From NCBI GenBank assembly GCA_024679065.1, contig JAGIQG010000010.1:9920001-9984000 (forward strand): a stretch of DNA of 64,000 nucleotides, written 5' to 3'. Position numbers and translations under genes: made by a program. The stretch is from Sphyrna mokarran (taxonomy: Eukaryota). Shown piece by piece: positions 11,675 through 24,280 of the stretch. The notes beneath the pieces are model-generated. The model was not told where the DNA came from and did no database searches. It saw only the letters and a list, made by a program, of their open reading frames with translations. Within the stretch, counting starts at the first letter, position 1. Each line of letters opens with the position of its first letter.

Positions 11675-12139
11675 ATTGCTAAAATCCTGTCAACATTGCT
11701 GTATGGATGTGAAAGTTTGAATCTAAGCAAGACAATGGAAAATAAATTGAAGACAATAGAGATGTGGATTTTGGGATTCATGATGAGGATTCATTGAACA
11801 ATGCACACATTTAATGAGCAAATTGCTAATATATGATGAGAATTCATTGAACAACACGCATATTTAGTGAGTAAGTTGCAAGGAAAGGAGACACACAAGT
11901 ACTCTTGCAAGCTTTTGTCAAGAAACAATTCCTTGGACAGACACTGAAGCGAGAGAGATGAGAACATCCGCGAAAATTAAGATTATCGAGCAAATTGGAG
12001 ACAAAGGAGGAAATACATCTACTGCTGGACAGCTACAAAATTTGAGAAAAACACCAAGATTGTTGATTTTTACCAAAGACAGTGAAAGCTGGAGAACTGT
12101 GTTCATTGACATTGCAAAACATGACATTTGAAGAAGAAT
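11675..12139 (+). mobile_element. RTE-clade LINE 3' fragment
   Basis: Frame reads STLLYGCESLNLSKTMENKLKTIEMWILGFMMRIH, like the RTE post-RT motif LLYGCETW...EMWxLRRMLRISW. Ends in a (GAA)n tail, tgaagaagaa. Confidence 0.75.
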
Positions 12140-12807
12140 ACATAGAGCTTCAGCTCTTCGGAAATCTCTTTGAAAATATCTTTAAAAATATTAAAATATT
12201 TTTAAAATAAAAATATTTTATTTCCAGGTATTGCAGCTCATGGGACTTTCTAAGATAGAGGGTTATAAGTAAGCCTAGTAGGTAGGGGGATGTTTGGCAC
12301 AATTTGTAGACCAAAGGGCCTGTTTGCGCTGTGGTTTTTCTATGTTCTGTGTTCTTTCAGTCAGGTAGGACACAAGGTTTGAAATTCCCTCCATAAACCT
12401 CTCTACCGCCTTTTAATACCTAACCCCACTAAACCCCAATTATTTTTTAAAGATATTAATCACTGCTTTTGATATTAGCTTCTTTAGCTTACTGATATTT
12501 CACTCAATTACATCACACTGAAGCCCCTTCATTGCCATCACTTATATGAAAATGCACTGAATGAATGTAATTTTTTTGTTACCCTGCTTTCTCCTGCTGT
12601 GCATCAACCTATATTTTCTATGTTGCCCAGCACTCTGAGATATTTAAATTGTAAGAGCTCTGATTGTAAGGTACTTTATGGCTCTAGTGTGATTGCATTG
12701 TAAATTAAAAGCTGAGTGAATGAATGAGGCAATGGCACCAATACATCAATAGCAAATATGCTCCTGTTAAAATTGAGTACTTGAGGCCAAGGCAACAAGA
12801 CTTCTGG

Positions 12808-13222
12808 AAAGAACAAAGAAAAGTAAAGTCCAGGAAAGGCCCTTCGGCCCTCCAAGCCTGTGCCAATCATGATGCCGGAACTAAACTAAACAAAACTTCT
12901 GCCCTTTCTCAATCTGTATCCCTCTATTCCCTTCACCCCCATTTATATACCATCCAGATGCCTTTTAAATGTTGCTAATGTTCGGCTTCTGCCATCTCTC
13001 TGGCAATGCATTCCAGGCAGCTACCACACTCCATGTGAAAACCTTTCCCTGCACATCTCCCTTAAAGTTTCCCCCTCTCACCTTGAACCTATAGCCTTTG
13101 AAATTGAACTTTCCACCCTGGGAAAAAGCCTTTGATTATCCATGCTGTCCATGCCTCTCACAATTTTGTCGACCTCTATCAGGCCTTCCTTCAGGTTCCA
13201 ACTTTCCAGTGCAAACAATCCT
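12808..13222 (-). mobile_element. CR1 3' end
   Basis: EERLNKLGLFALE...LIEVDKIVRGMD...LFP remnant plus tail. Confidence 0.9.
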
Positions 13223-14146
13223 AGTTTATTCAACCTCTCCTCACGAGTAATGTTTTTTGAGGGGTTGATATTATTTTGCGCTGTGGCAAATGGAGGTGAT
13301 CTGATATGTGCCATTTTGGAATGGCCTTTCCTGTTCTTCAGAATGTCTCCCACTTACCAGCCTGACTCTCCCATCCATAGCTCCCTTTGTTTGTTTCCTC
13401 CCTCTTGCTGCCAAAGCCTCACCCACTGTGGGAATTCAGGAGCAAAAGGACTAAGTGATAGAGTTAGGAAGGAAAGTGACAAGTGAGAGAGATTAAGCAA
13501 GAGGGAGAGAGGTGACACAATGGAGAGGTGCTGAGTTATTGTAAATAGAAAGATTTAGGTCCAAAAATTGGGGATCAACATTTATGCAAGATATTGCCTC
13601 CTTCTGCACTTCAGGAGTTGAATGATTGCTCAAATATATACAATAACTTGCATTTATACTGTATGGAAATTTGTTTTAACTTTTTGTGTTTGTTTTGTCA
13701 CAGTCATTCAAATACTGGAAAACAAGCTTGTGGGGGTGTGACTGCTTCAATTTAAGAGACAAAAAGATTGTAAAGGTCAAACATCAATAAGAAAGGTTTG
13801 AAGGCAAGTGGTTTGATGCTCAGAGGGATGTGGGAGAACATAAAAAAAGCATTTACATAAGGCAAATAAAGGGTGCTTTGAAGTCAGTGGCTGTATTTCA
13901 CTGGAAAACATATACAATTTGAAGATTGTATATAGATGAGGCAAATATAGCATTGGTTTACTTTTAAAATATAATAGCCATGAAATAAAGAAAAAGAGGT
14001 TTATTAATTCTAGGGAAAATAAACTTTTCCTGGGTTGTACAAGACAATAGAGGGTGAGATCAAAGGGAGAAAACAGATTTAAGAAAGCACTCAACACTGT
14101 GTGATGTCTGATGGTGAGGTCTTAAAGAATTGTTGAATTGTTCCTT

Positions 14147-17100
14147 GGGAGCACTGTGGAGAGGCAGCGATTTGCGAGTGGAGAGCTTGTGAGTGAGTAG
14201 AGTGATTTTTTAAGTCTAAATTTTACTAGTTTTTTTTAAACTTTTTAAACTTATAAACCAGGAAGGTGTTGCAAAGCACCTTGGGTAGTGCAGTTTTTTT
14301 TTCAACCTCACTATAAATTGGAGTGGTGTGGAGGTTGAATACGTGGCTGAGGGACTGGAGCAGGGGGCAGGGATTCCGGTTCCTAGATCATTGGGACCTC
14401 TTTAGGGGCAGGTGTGACCTGTACAGCAAAGACGGGTGGCACCTGAATCCCAGGGGGACTAATATCTTGGCGGGAAGACTGGCTAGGGCTACTGGGGGGA
14501 CTTTAAACTAGAAGGGTTAGGGGGAGGGAATAGTGATGTGGAGACTGGGAGCAAGGAAGTTAGCTCCCAGGTAGGGAAGGACTCTAGGCAGGATGAGAGG
14601 CAGGTTAGACAAGTGGGGGAGAAGGGAAATGTCCAGTCTGAGGGACTGAGCTGTGTCTATTTTAATGCCAGGAGTGTAGTAAATAAGGTGGATGAACTTA
14701 GGGCATGGATTGCTGCTTGGGATTGTGATGTGGTGCCATTACAGAGACTTGGATGTCTCAGGGACAGGACTGGGTACTACAGGTCCCGGGATTCAGATCC
14801 TTCAGGAAGGACATGGAGGGAGGCAAAAGAGGTGGTGGAGTGGCACTGTTGATCAGGGACAGTGTCATGGCTGCAGAGAAGGTGGATACTGAGGAGGGAA
14901 TGTCTACGGAGTCTCTGTGGGTGGAAGTTAGGAATAGCAAAGGGTCGGTGACGTTGCTGGGTGTATTCTATAGGCCGCCCAATAGTGACAGGGAAGTGGA
15001 GGTGCAGATAGGGAAACAGATACTGGAGAGATGTAGAAATAACAGAGTTGTTGTGATGGGAGACTTCAATTTTCCAAACATCGACTGGAATATCCCAAGG
15101 GTAAGGGGTTTGGATGGGGAGGAGTTTGTTAGGTGTGTTCAGGAGGGTTTCCTGACACAGCACGTGGACAAGCCTATAAGAGGAGAGGCTGTACTGGACC
15201 TGGTACTAGCTAATGAACCAGGACAGGTGATGGATCTCTCAGTAGGAGAGCATCTTGGGGATGGAGATCATAATTCTATCTCCTTCACCCTTGCATTGGA
15301 AAAGGATAGGATCAGGCAGGCTAGGAAGGTGTTTGTCTGGAAAAAAGGGGAAAATATGAAGATATCAGGCAGATGTTGGGGTGAATAAACTGGAAGTAGG
15401 TGTTCTTGGGGAAAAAGCACAGAAGGAAGGTGGCAGATATTCAAGGAATGCTTGTCTGGAGCTCTGCACGACAACGTTCCGGTGAGACAAGGAGGTTTTG
15501 GTAGGTCGAGGGAATCGTGGTGCACGAAGGCTGTGGTGAACCTAGTCAGGAAGAAAAGAAAGGTGTATAAAAGGTTCAAAGAGCTCGGAGATGTTGGGGA
15601 TCTAGAGAAGTATAAGGCTTACAAAAGAGAGCTTAAAAAGGAAATTAGGAGAGCCAGAAGGGGTCATGAGAAGGCCTTGGGTGGGAGGATTAAGGAGAAT
15701 CCCAAGGCCTTCTACAAATATGTGAAAAGTAAAAGGATGAGAAGAGAAGGGATAGGACCTATAAAAGGTGAAGGGGGACAAGTCTGTATGGAACCAGAAG
15801 AAATGGCAGAGGTGCTTAATGAGTACTTTGCCTCAGTATTCACGGTGGAAAGTGATCTGGGAGGATGCAGTACAAGTTTGCGACAGACTGAAAAGATTGA
15901 GTATGTAGATATTAAGGAAGCGGATGTGTAAGAACTTTTAAATGCTATCAAAATAGACAAGTCTCCGGGACCAGATGGGATGTACCCCAGGTTATTGTGG
16001 GAGGTGAGGGATGTCATTGCAGAGCCCCTGGCGATGATCTTTGTGTCGTCGATGGAGACTGGAGAGGTTCCGGAGGATTGCGGATGTGGTCCCTATTTTC
16101 AAGAAAGGGAACAGGGATAGTCCTGGAAATTACCGACCAGTGAGTCTGACTTCAGTGGTTGGTAAGCTGATGGAGAGGCTTCTGAGGGACAAGATTTACG
16201 AGCATTTGGAGAAGTTTAGGTTGATTAGAAATAGTCAGCACGGTTTTGTAAAAGGCAGGTCATGCCTTACGAGCTTAATTGAGTTCTTCGAAAATGTGAC
16301 TAAACACATTGACGAAGGAAGAGCACTGGACGTGGTGTATATGGACTTCAGCAAGGCATTTGACAAGGTCCCCCATGCAAGACTTCTTGAGAAGGTGAGA
16401 GGGCATGGGATCCAAGGGGCTTTGGCCTTGTGGATCCAGAACTGGCTTGCCTGCAGAAGGCAGAGGGTGGTTGTGGATGGCTCTTTTTCTGCATGGAGGT
16501 CGGTCACCAGTGGAGTGCCCCAGGGATCTGTTCTATGACCCTTGCTGTTTGTCATTTTCATAAATGACCTGGATGAGGAAGTGGAGGGATGGGTGAGTAA
16601 GTTCGCCGATGACACGAAGGTTGGTGGTGTTGTGGATGGTCTGGAGGGATGTCAGAAGTTGCAGCATGACATCGACAGGATGCAAGACTGGGCGGAGAAG
16701 TGGCAGATGGACTTCCACGCGGATAAATGTGTTGTGGTCCATTTTGGCAGATCCAACGGGATGAATGAGTACACTATCAAGGTAGGAGTCTTAGCTGTGT
16801 GGAAGAGCAGAGGGATCTTGGGGTCCGGGTCCATAAGACTCTCAAATTGGCCTCCCAGGTGGAGGATGTGGTTAAGAATGCTTATGGCGTACTGGCCTTC
16901 ATTCATCGAGGGATTGAGTTCAGGAGTCAGGAGGTAATGCTGCAGCTTTATAGGACCCTTGTCAAACCACACTTGGAGTACTGTGCGCAGTTCTGGTCGC
17001 CTCACTATAGGAAGGACGTGGAAGCTATTGAAAGGGTGCAGAGGAGATTTACAAGGATGTTGCCTGGATTGGGAGGAATGCCTTATGAAGACAGGTTGAG

Positions 17101-17499
17101 GGAGCTGGGACTGTTCTCCCTGGAGAGACGAAGGTTGAGAGGCGACCTGATAGAGGTTTACAAGATGTTGAGAGGTATAGATAGGGTGGACTCTCAGAGA
17201 CTATTTCCCAGGGCTGAAATGGTCGCGACGAGAGGCACAGATTTAAGGTGCAGGGAAGCAAGTACAGAGGGGATGCTAGGGGAAAGTTTTTCACTGAGGG
17301 CGGTGAGTGAATGGAATCGGCTGCCGTCGGTAGTGGTCGAGGCGAACTCGCTGAGGTCTTTTAAAAGACTTCTGGATGAGTATATGGGATCCAATGGGAT
17401 TGGGGGTTATAGATAGGTCTATGGCTGGGTAGATTTTGATGTGTTCGGCACAACTTGTGGGCCGAAGGGCCTGTTTGTGCTGTAGTGTTCTATGTTCTA
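14147..17499 (+). mobile_element. CR1-clade LINE, ~3.3 kb, inactivated: ORF1 esterase C-terminus, ORF2 APE endonuclease + RT, 3' tail
   Basis: ORF1 SGNH-esterase end DGWHLNPRG. Endonuclease motifs YFNARS, GVFYRPP, GDFNFP, LDLV, DH. RT motifs NYRPVSLTS, QHGF, DFSKAFD, GVPQGS, FADD. Tail ggccgaagggcctgtttgtgctgtagtgttctatgttct. Several stops and frameshifts. Confidence 0.97.
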
Positions 17500-18736
17500 A
17501 TATAGAATGTGCATGATGAGCTCTGTGAGAACTAATTTTTTTTGTCACTCTCAGAGATCCCTTGAGCATCAGGACATTTTGTGGTAAAATCATTCGAAAC
17601 TTAAGTTTTAGAAATTCTATAATGACGGATGTCATCAAGAAGAGGTTTTAGCTCTGAGTCACTTTAAAACCAAAATCTTTTTGGAAATGTTTCAAAAGCC
17701 CTGCTCACTGTATAAAGATATCCTTGTGTTTAAGGGTAATTTTGAAATTTATCTGAGTAAATGCTGAATATAAATCAATACAATTAGTCTGGGATTTTCT
17801 CCTCAACTTCAGTAAACCTCCTCATAATACACAAATTGCAAAACTATTCTGATGGCTGTATTAAGTTTCCCTTTAGGATTTAAGCAGCTTGCCAGCTGCA
17901 ATGCTATGACAATATAGTACTGTTCAGGTAAAGAAAAATTGCCAAGAAGAGGCAAAAAGGGGACCAGGAGAATGAGCTAAAAAGTAAATAAAAAATGGAG
18001 ACCATTGTTGAAGTCATTGAAAGGCAGAGTCAAAGATCAGCTTTTAGAGATTGAGAGAGAAATAGTGAGAAAGAGAGAAGAGAGAGAGAAAGTAACAAGG
18101 CGATATAATTTTGTAACTGAATTCCAAAGCTCAGAGACATAGAAAGAATGGTCTCTAATGATGGAATGGATGGGGTGGAGAAGGACAATAATTCAGAATT
18201 AGAGGAATGGATTTTCTTGTGTCAGAATACTAAAATGAGAAAAATAAGCTGCCTATTTAAAATGGAATTAATAAATAATTCAAAGAGTGACATTAAGTAT
18301 TTGTTTTGTCTTCCTTTCCCACAATCTGGGAAGGTTGTGTGACATCAAAGAAGCTTAGCAATGGAAAATATTCTATTATGATTTCTACTTAAAAGTATAA
18401 TTTTCTGCCAAACTCAGTTTGAATTAGAAGATCTACTCTGGGAACTTCATTGCCATGTTACCATGTTAACGTACTGAAATGTTAACATACTGAAATGTTT
18501 TCACACAGGCAAATCTATCCATTTCCAGCCTTCTCTGATTGCTTTGTGCAAGTAGTGTGTAGTTAATGCAACTGATTCCCGGTGTCTGAAAATCATCTTA
18601 AAAATCCTCAAACTCCCTAAAATTCCTTCACCGTCATTCCTGAGAAAGTTTCACCAAAGGTAACTGGCTCATAAATTCCATTCTAAATTTAGTAGAGATT
18701 TCAGAACATATGCGTCACTCCTTCAGCCTCCATTTA

Positions 18737-19052
18737 GGGCAGGTGATGACCTATTGGTATTATCACTCAAATATTAATCCAGAAACTCAGCTCGTGTTCT
18801 GGGGACTCTCGGTTCAAATTTTGCCACGGCAGATGGTGGAATTTAAATTGAATTTAAAAATCTGGAATTAAGAATCTACTGATGACAATGAAACCTTTGT
18901 TGGAAAAACCCATCTGGTTCACTAATGTCCCCTTAGAGAAGGAAATCTGTAATCTGTACTTGATCTGGCCTACTACTGGCTGATGCTCATCTGTCCTCTG
19001 AATATGCTAGCAAGGCACTCAGTTCAAGGGCAACTAGGGATGGGCAATAAAT
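18737..19052 (+). mobile_element. Second tRNA-derived SINE family
   Basis: attaatccagaaactcagct...ggttcaaat...ggaattaagaatctactgatgac...gggcaactagggatgggcaataaat. Confidence 0.85.
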
Positions 19053-19177
19053 ATAAGAATAAGGAAAACATAAAATTTTTTGACTTCACAGGAACCAAAT
19101 GGTCAACTACCGGTCGTAAAAAAAAAATCAAGGTTTTCCAATTTTGACTCCCCAAATCCAATAGTAATCCTTATGTT

Positions 19178-19625
19178 CATAGAATCACTGAATCATAGAG
19201 CACTAAAGGGGCCCTTCAGCTCATTGAGTCTGTACCAACACATTAGAAACACCTTAAATTCAACCTATTTCCATCTGCCAGCCCTTGACACAAGGATTAA
19301 TGGCCTTGAATGTTATAGCATGCCAAGTGCCCATTCAGATACTTTTTAAAGGATTGTCACCAACCTCTGGATAAAAAAGCTTTTTCTCAGATAACCTCCT
19401 AAACCTCCTGCCCCTCACCTTAAATCTATGTTCCTGAGTGACTGACTCTTCAACTATGGGAAAACAGCTGCTCCTTATTCATTCTATCTATGTCCCTCAT
19501 AATCTTGTACACCTCAATCAGGTCACTCCTCAGTCTTCTCTGCTCGAGAGAAAACAGCCCAAGCCTATTTAATCTCTCTTCATAACTTAAAGCAGTATCC
19601 TGGTGACTGTGCTTTGCACCCCCTC
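19178..19625 (-). mobile_element. CR1 3' end
   Basis: catagaatc tail and antisense RT C-terminal sequence. Confidence 0.85.
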
Positions 19626-21284
19626 TAGACTAAGCGTTAATAAAATATTACTCTTAATCTATCAGCCTTGTTAGGTAAACAGTGTAGAATGTACTGGGAA
19701 TTCAATGAGACCTAAGCAAATGTTCCCTTTAAGTGAACTTTCCCATTAACTGGACGGCTATTAATTAACTTCTGTTTTTAACCTTGAAATGATAAAGAGT
19801 TATACATCCTTGCCAAGGTAGGGACAAGGCTTTGCTGTAACCCTTTTGTCTCTGTTAAAAGCTGCCGGCTGGACAAATTGACAGGACAGATATTGTGTGG
19901 ATGGTAAATAATTTCAAGCAGTGTCCAAAGTCAGAGGGTATGGTGTCCAAAGTGAAGTCAGGGTTACAGGTGCGTTCCTGAGAGGGAGACCGGGCAGATG
20001 GTTTCCTGGAAGACTATTCAGGGAACAGAGCTGGTGCGCTGACCAGAATCTGCTGCAACCAATTCGTTGTCATATTTTCCAGCATTTTACTGGGGTTGGG
20101 TGACGGAGACCCCAGAAGCAGAGGAGACCCTACATACCACCCTTTCAAATAAATTCTTCTCCCGAGCACTCCATGAACAAAGTCAATGGCCAAAACTTTA
20201 TTGTCCTGCCCACCACAGAAATCGGGGCGGGTGGACGGAAAGGTTCGTTGACCTCCAAAGGGATTTTACAGCCTTGGGATGAGTGAACTTCATGGTTAAC
20301 TTGAAACGATTATCATTATTGATTAATTACAACTGGCTTCCAATTCCAACAAGATTGGGAGTGAAGGTCTGCGGAACGTCTCTTTCTCTCTCTCTCTCCT
20401 ACTCACTCTCCTTAAACAGTGGGCATAATTTTCCAGCCCTGTTATGGTAGAAGTGGGATCATAAGATGCGCTGAACCATTCAGTGAGACTGGAAAAGCTG
20501 CCATCAAGATGTACTGTAACACTCTACCTATAATATTACTCTCTATAGGATGGGAATAGAGGAATACAGATCTGGAAGGGTTGGGGATTTTAGTTCAATT
20601 ATTAAAAAAAAATTTAAAAATTAAAAAAAAATCAAAGAGATGAGGGAGTGGGGGAAATCAGTCTGGACTCCTGCTTCTGATTGCCAGCACTGACCCAGAC
20701 TAAAAAGTGCTTGTCCAAGAACGATTGCTGAGTACTGGATTGGGCTGCTCTGAGATGCTGCTTTAAAAGTTTATTTACTAGTCACAAGTAAGGCTTACAT
20801 TAATACTGCAATGAAGTTATTGTGAAATTCTAGTCACCACACTCTGTTCAGATCAATGTGCCTAACCATTCTGTGGTAAAACAGGGGGCAAATACTCACT
20901 CCAAATGAAAGAGGATCACTTGCATAATATGAGTCATTGTCTAAGTCAGAGGAATGGGACAAGTTCAACAAGTGGCCAACGTATCAGCATCCCAGAAAAT
21001 GGCAGGAACTCAGTTGCAAAACATTATCAAAGATTGCGTTTTCAGCAAGACAACAACACTGTGTTATATTCATTTGGTGGGGAGGGCGGGGGAGATCACG
21101 GAAATGAAACCACTGTTACTGCAGGATCTGTATGAGAATTATCAATATTCCAATCAACACAATAAAACTGTCCTTTAAGATAAATGTGAGCAACTGGGCC
21201 TAGCTTTGAGGTTTTAAAAAAGGGCAGCATGGACAAGTTGGGCCGAAGAGCCTGTTTCCAAGCTGTAAATCTCTATGACTCACG

Positions 21285-22050
21285 TGGTTAGAACCTGCGA
21301 CATTGCCGTATGGAGACAAAAAATATATGTATTGGCAAAATAAATAGCCCATTAACTCTGCACTGTACTGAATACTTACAGCAGCAGCAAGCTATGAAAT
21401 ACGTCCCTCACACAGTTGCCTTTCTCTGCGCCCTTTTCCCTTTTAGGCTGCGTTGTTTTTTTTTGTTGATAGCTATCCCCACCCTCCCCGCCCCCTCCGA
21501 CAGCCTTTTATCCGCTAATATGTGAAACAATTGTAATGTAAAGCATGTGAGTGTATAGTCTTCGCCATCGGGCCCTCATAAATCTTCCCCGTTCCCTGTG
21601 AACAACACCAAATATTTGCAGCTGACGGACATTTGGTCTGTCTTAAATTAACATTTCTCAGCAGTCAGAAGTCATTAAGCTCTGCCAGTGATTTGAAACC
21701 ATTTTTCCATTTCAAAAGCTGCAGAGGCTGGCTGTGAAATTTGGTTTGGATGGGCCTGAGGGAGAAGGTGTGTGGGAGAAAACCGTTAAAATGGATTTTG
21801 TAAGCACTAATGAAAAATCGCAGAAAGGGCCAAGAATCACGTTCGGCAGATTTGTTATTTAGACACTGTTGACTTGCAACTGCACATATGTAAATAATCA
21901 AAGGATTATTTTTTTGCTTGATACTTTCTAAAGCAGGTGTTGAATTACACAGCCCGCATTTTGCCTCTTTTAAACGGTTAATTTATCTTACTTCCTTTGT
22001 TTTCAAGCTGATTTGCGCTGGTGTTAAATTTGGCCCACATCCGTCCTGCA
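21285..22050. promoter_or_regulatory. Candidate conserved non-coding enhancer
   Basis: Repeat-free, CpG-retaining island with SOX, TCF, POU and HOX-like motifs. Confidence 0.5.
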
Positions 22051-22848
22051 TAAGCTACTCCAGGCCACCTCACCACACACACCCCCCCCCCCCACCCCCC
22101 TCCACCCCCCACCCTCCTTTAACGCTGTTAGCAACCTTAACATTGAAAGCTACAGGGAGTTTTTCTGCTGTTATTGTTGTGCCTTCAATCCACTTAAGAC
22201 CATTACAATTATCATCATTCATTTCCCTGCTTTGGGTGGCTTGCGCTTCACAAAGAGTGGGGATAGATACAAGTGAATGACAGTCAAGCATTCCGTGTAC
22301 TTGAATGGCAACTCACTCTCAATTCATCACATTCACTTCTTCAACGGCTACAGTAACTCCGACACAATAAAAATCCCAAACAGGCGAAAAACAACAAATT
22401 CCTCCGACTGCAATATGTTTGGAGTGAAGGGAGAACCTGAGGAAACTCACTTTTCCTAAATCGTAATCTTTAACAGAAGTAGCTGTTACTTTGTCTTTAT
22501 TTTATCGTGTTAGCCCATTCATATCCTGTGGGGTCTTTGGACTCCTACCTTCACAGAGCATATAGATAGATAGGCATACTAGTCAACACAATGGACAATA
22601 TATGAAGCAGGAAACAATTTGCCATATAACTGAAGATTTCACCCCCCCCTCCCCCCTCAACTTTACAAGTCAGGCTCAAGCAAGCAATCACACAGTTCCT
22701 TTTGAAAATAGGGTCTTGACAATTGCAGACATTCCTAAGAGTTTAACGTTATGAAAACTCACAAATAAATGCAAGTCATTTATTTCATCCTTTTCTATAA
22801 TTTCTTAAAAACTCATCAACAGATCTCTCTCCTTTGATGTAATTTTCA

Positions 22849-23455
22849 CTGCATGGTGGCACAGTGGTTAGCACCTACTGCCTTACAACCCGAGGGATCC
22901 GAGTTTGATTCCCGATTTGGTCACTGACTGTGCGTGGTTCTCCCCATATCTGCGTGGATTTCCTCAGGGTGCTCCAGCTTCCTCCCATAATGTGAAAAGG
23001 GCCTCACAGCACCAGGGACACAGGTTCAATTTTGGCCTTGCGTAACTGTCTGTGTGATGTTTGCACTTTCTCTGCGTGTCTGCATGAGTTTCCTCTGGGT
23101 ATTTTGGTTTCCTCCAATGTTCCAAGGATGTGCAGATTAAGTTGATTGGCCATGCTAAATTAACCCTAATATCAGGGGATTAGCAGGGTAAATGTGTGGG
23201 GTTGCGGGAGTGGGGCCTGGATGGGATTATGGTTTGTACAGATGCTATGGGCCAAGTGACTTCTTTCTGTTCTTTAGGGATTCTATGTTCTATGGTTCCA
23301 TGAGACACATTGGCTAGGTACATTGAATGTGCTAAATTCTCCCTCAGTGCATGTGTACAGAAGCCGGAGTATGGTGACTAGGGGATTTTCACAGTGACTT
23401 CATCGCAGTGTTAACATAAACCTACTTGTGAACTAATAAATTTTTAAAAACTTAA
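22849..23455 (+). mobile_element. V-SINE tail B split by an HE1 insertion
   Basis: 5' half at 22849-23000, 3' half at 23303-23455. Confidence 0.85.
23001..23302 (+). mobile_element. HE1-type V-SINE nested inside an alternative-tail V-SINE
   Basis: Interrupts the host SINE after ...gtgaaaagg. The host resumes at agacacattggctagg. Confidence 0.88.
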
Positions 23456-23972
23456 CTTAAGAGCCAACAGAAACTCAGGATGGTTTTATTAGTGCCTGGA
23501 GAAAGGAAACAATGGGGAATTGTCAAAACGTTCCCAGGTTTGACTGGAATAAAATATGTCTTTGAATGTAATAGGAATTCCTCTCTCTATCATTCCCTCT
23601 TAGTATCCTATCACAACCCTCACTTCCATTATGAGCATATCACTCACCGAAATGAAGAATTTAGAAAAACTTCTACATTTATATAGCACCTTTCACAATC
23701 TTAAAGATATCCCAAGGTGTTTCACAGCCAGTGAAGAACTAATATAAACAAACTTCTATATAGAAAAGTAAACAGGCAAATGTGGTCTTCTCTTGTTATT
23801 GTGTTGACATATGATAAAGTCAATTTAATGATGCCACTCCACTTGTGGCCCTTCACATTCCTGCATGAGTCCACCCTCTCCACTCCTTGGTTTGGCAGAG
23901 TCAGGCTGGTAAGTAGATTCAGAGTATGTAGAGCTAAATGAAAGGGTCTCAAATGCTCAGCACTGCAGTTTT

Positions 23973-24280
23973 CATAGAATCCCTATAGAGCAGAAGGAGG
24001 CCATTTAATCCACTGAGTCTGCACTGACTGCAATTCTACCCAGGTCCTATCCCTATAACCCCATGCATTTACGTAGCTAGCAACCCTGACACTAAGGGTC
24101 AATTTAGCATGGCCAATCCACCTAACCCGCACATCTTTGAACTATGGGAAGAAACCGGAGCACCCACGCAGACATAGATGGAAGATGCAAACTCCACACA
24201 GACAGTGACTCAAACTGGAATTCAAACCCAGGCCCCTGGCATTGTGAGTCAGCAGTACTAACCACTGTATCAGCGTCCCT
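23973..24280 (-). mobile_element. HE1-type V-SINE
   Basis: catagaatccct...ggccaatccacctaacc...gcagtactaaccactgt. Confidence 0.9.

Noticed and set aside
12181-12225. AT-only palindromes (tttaaaaatatt-aa-aatatttttaaa)
   Set aside because: Low-complexity sequence that cannot be distinguished from chance or slippage.
14538-17416. CR1 ORF2 as an active or domesticated gene
   Set aside because: Multiple frameshifts and in-frame stops (e.g. near 15930 and 16537) break the endonuclease and RT.
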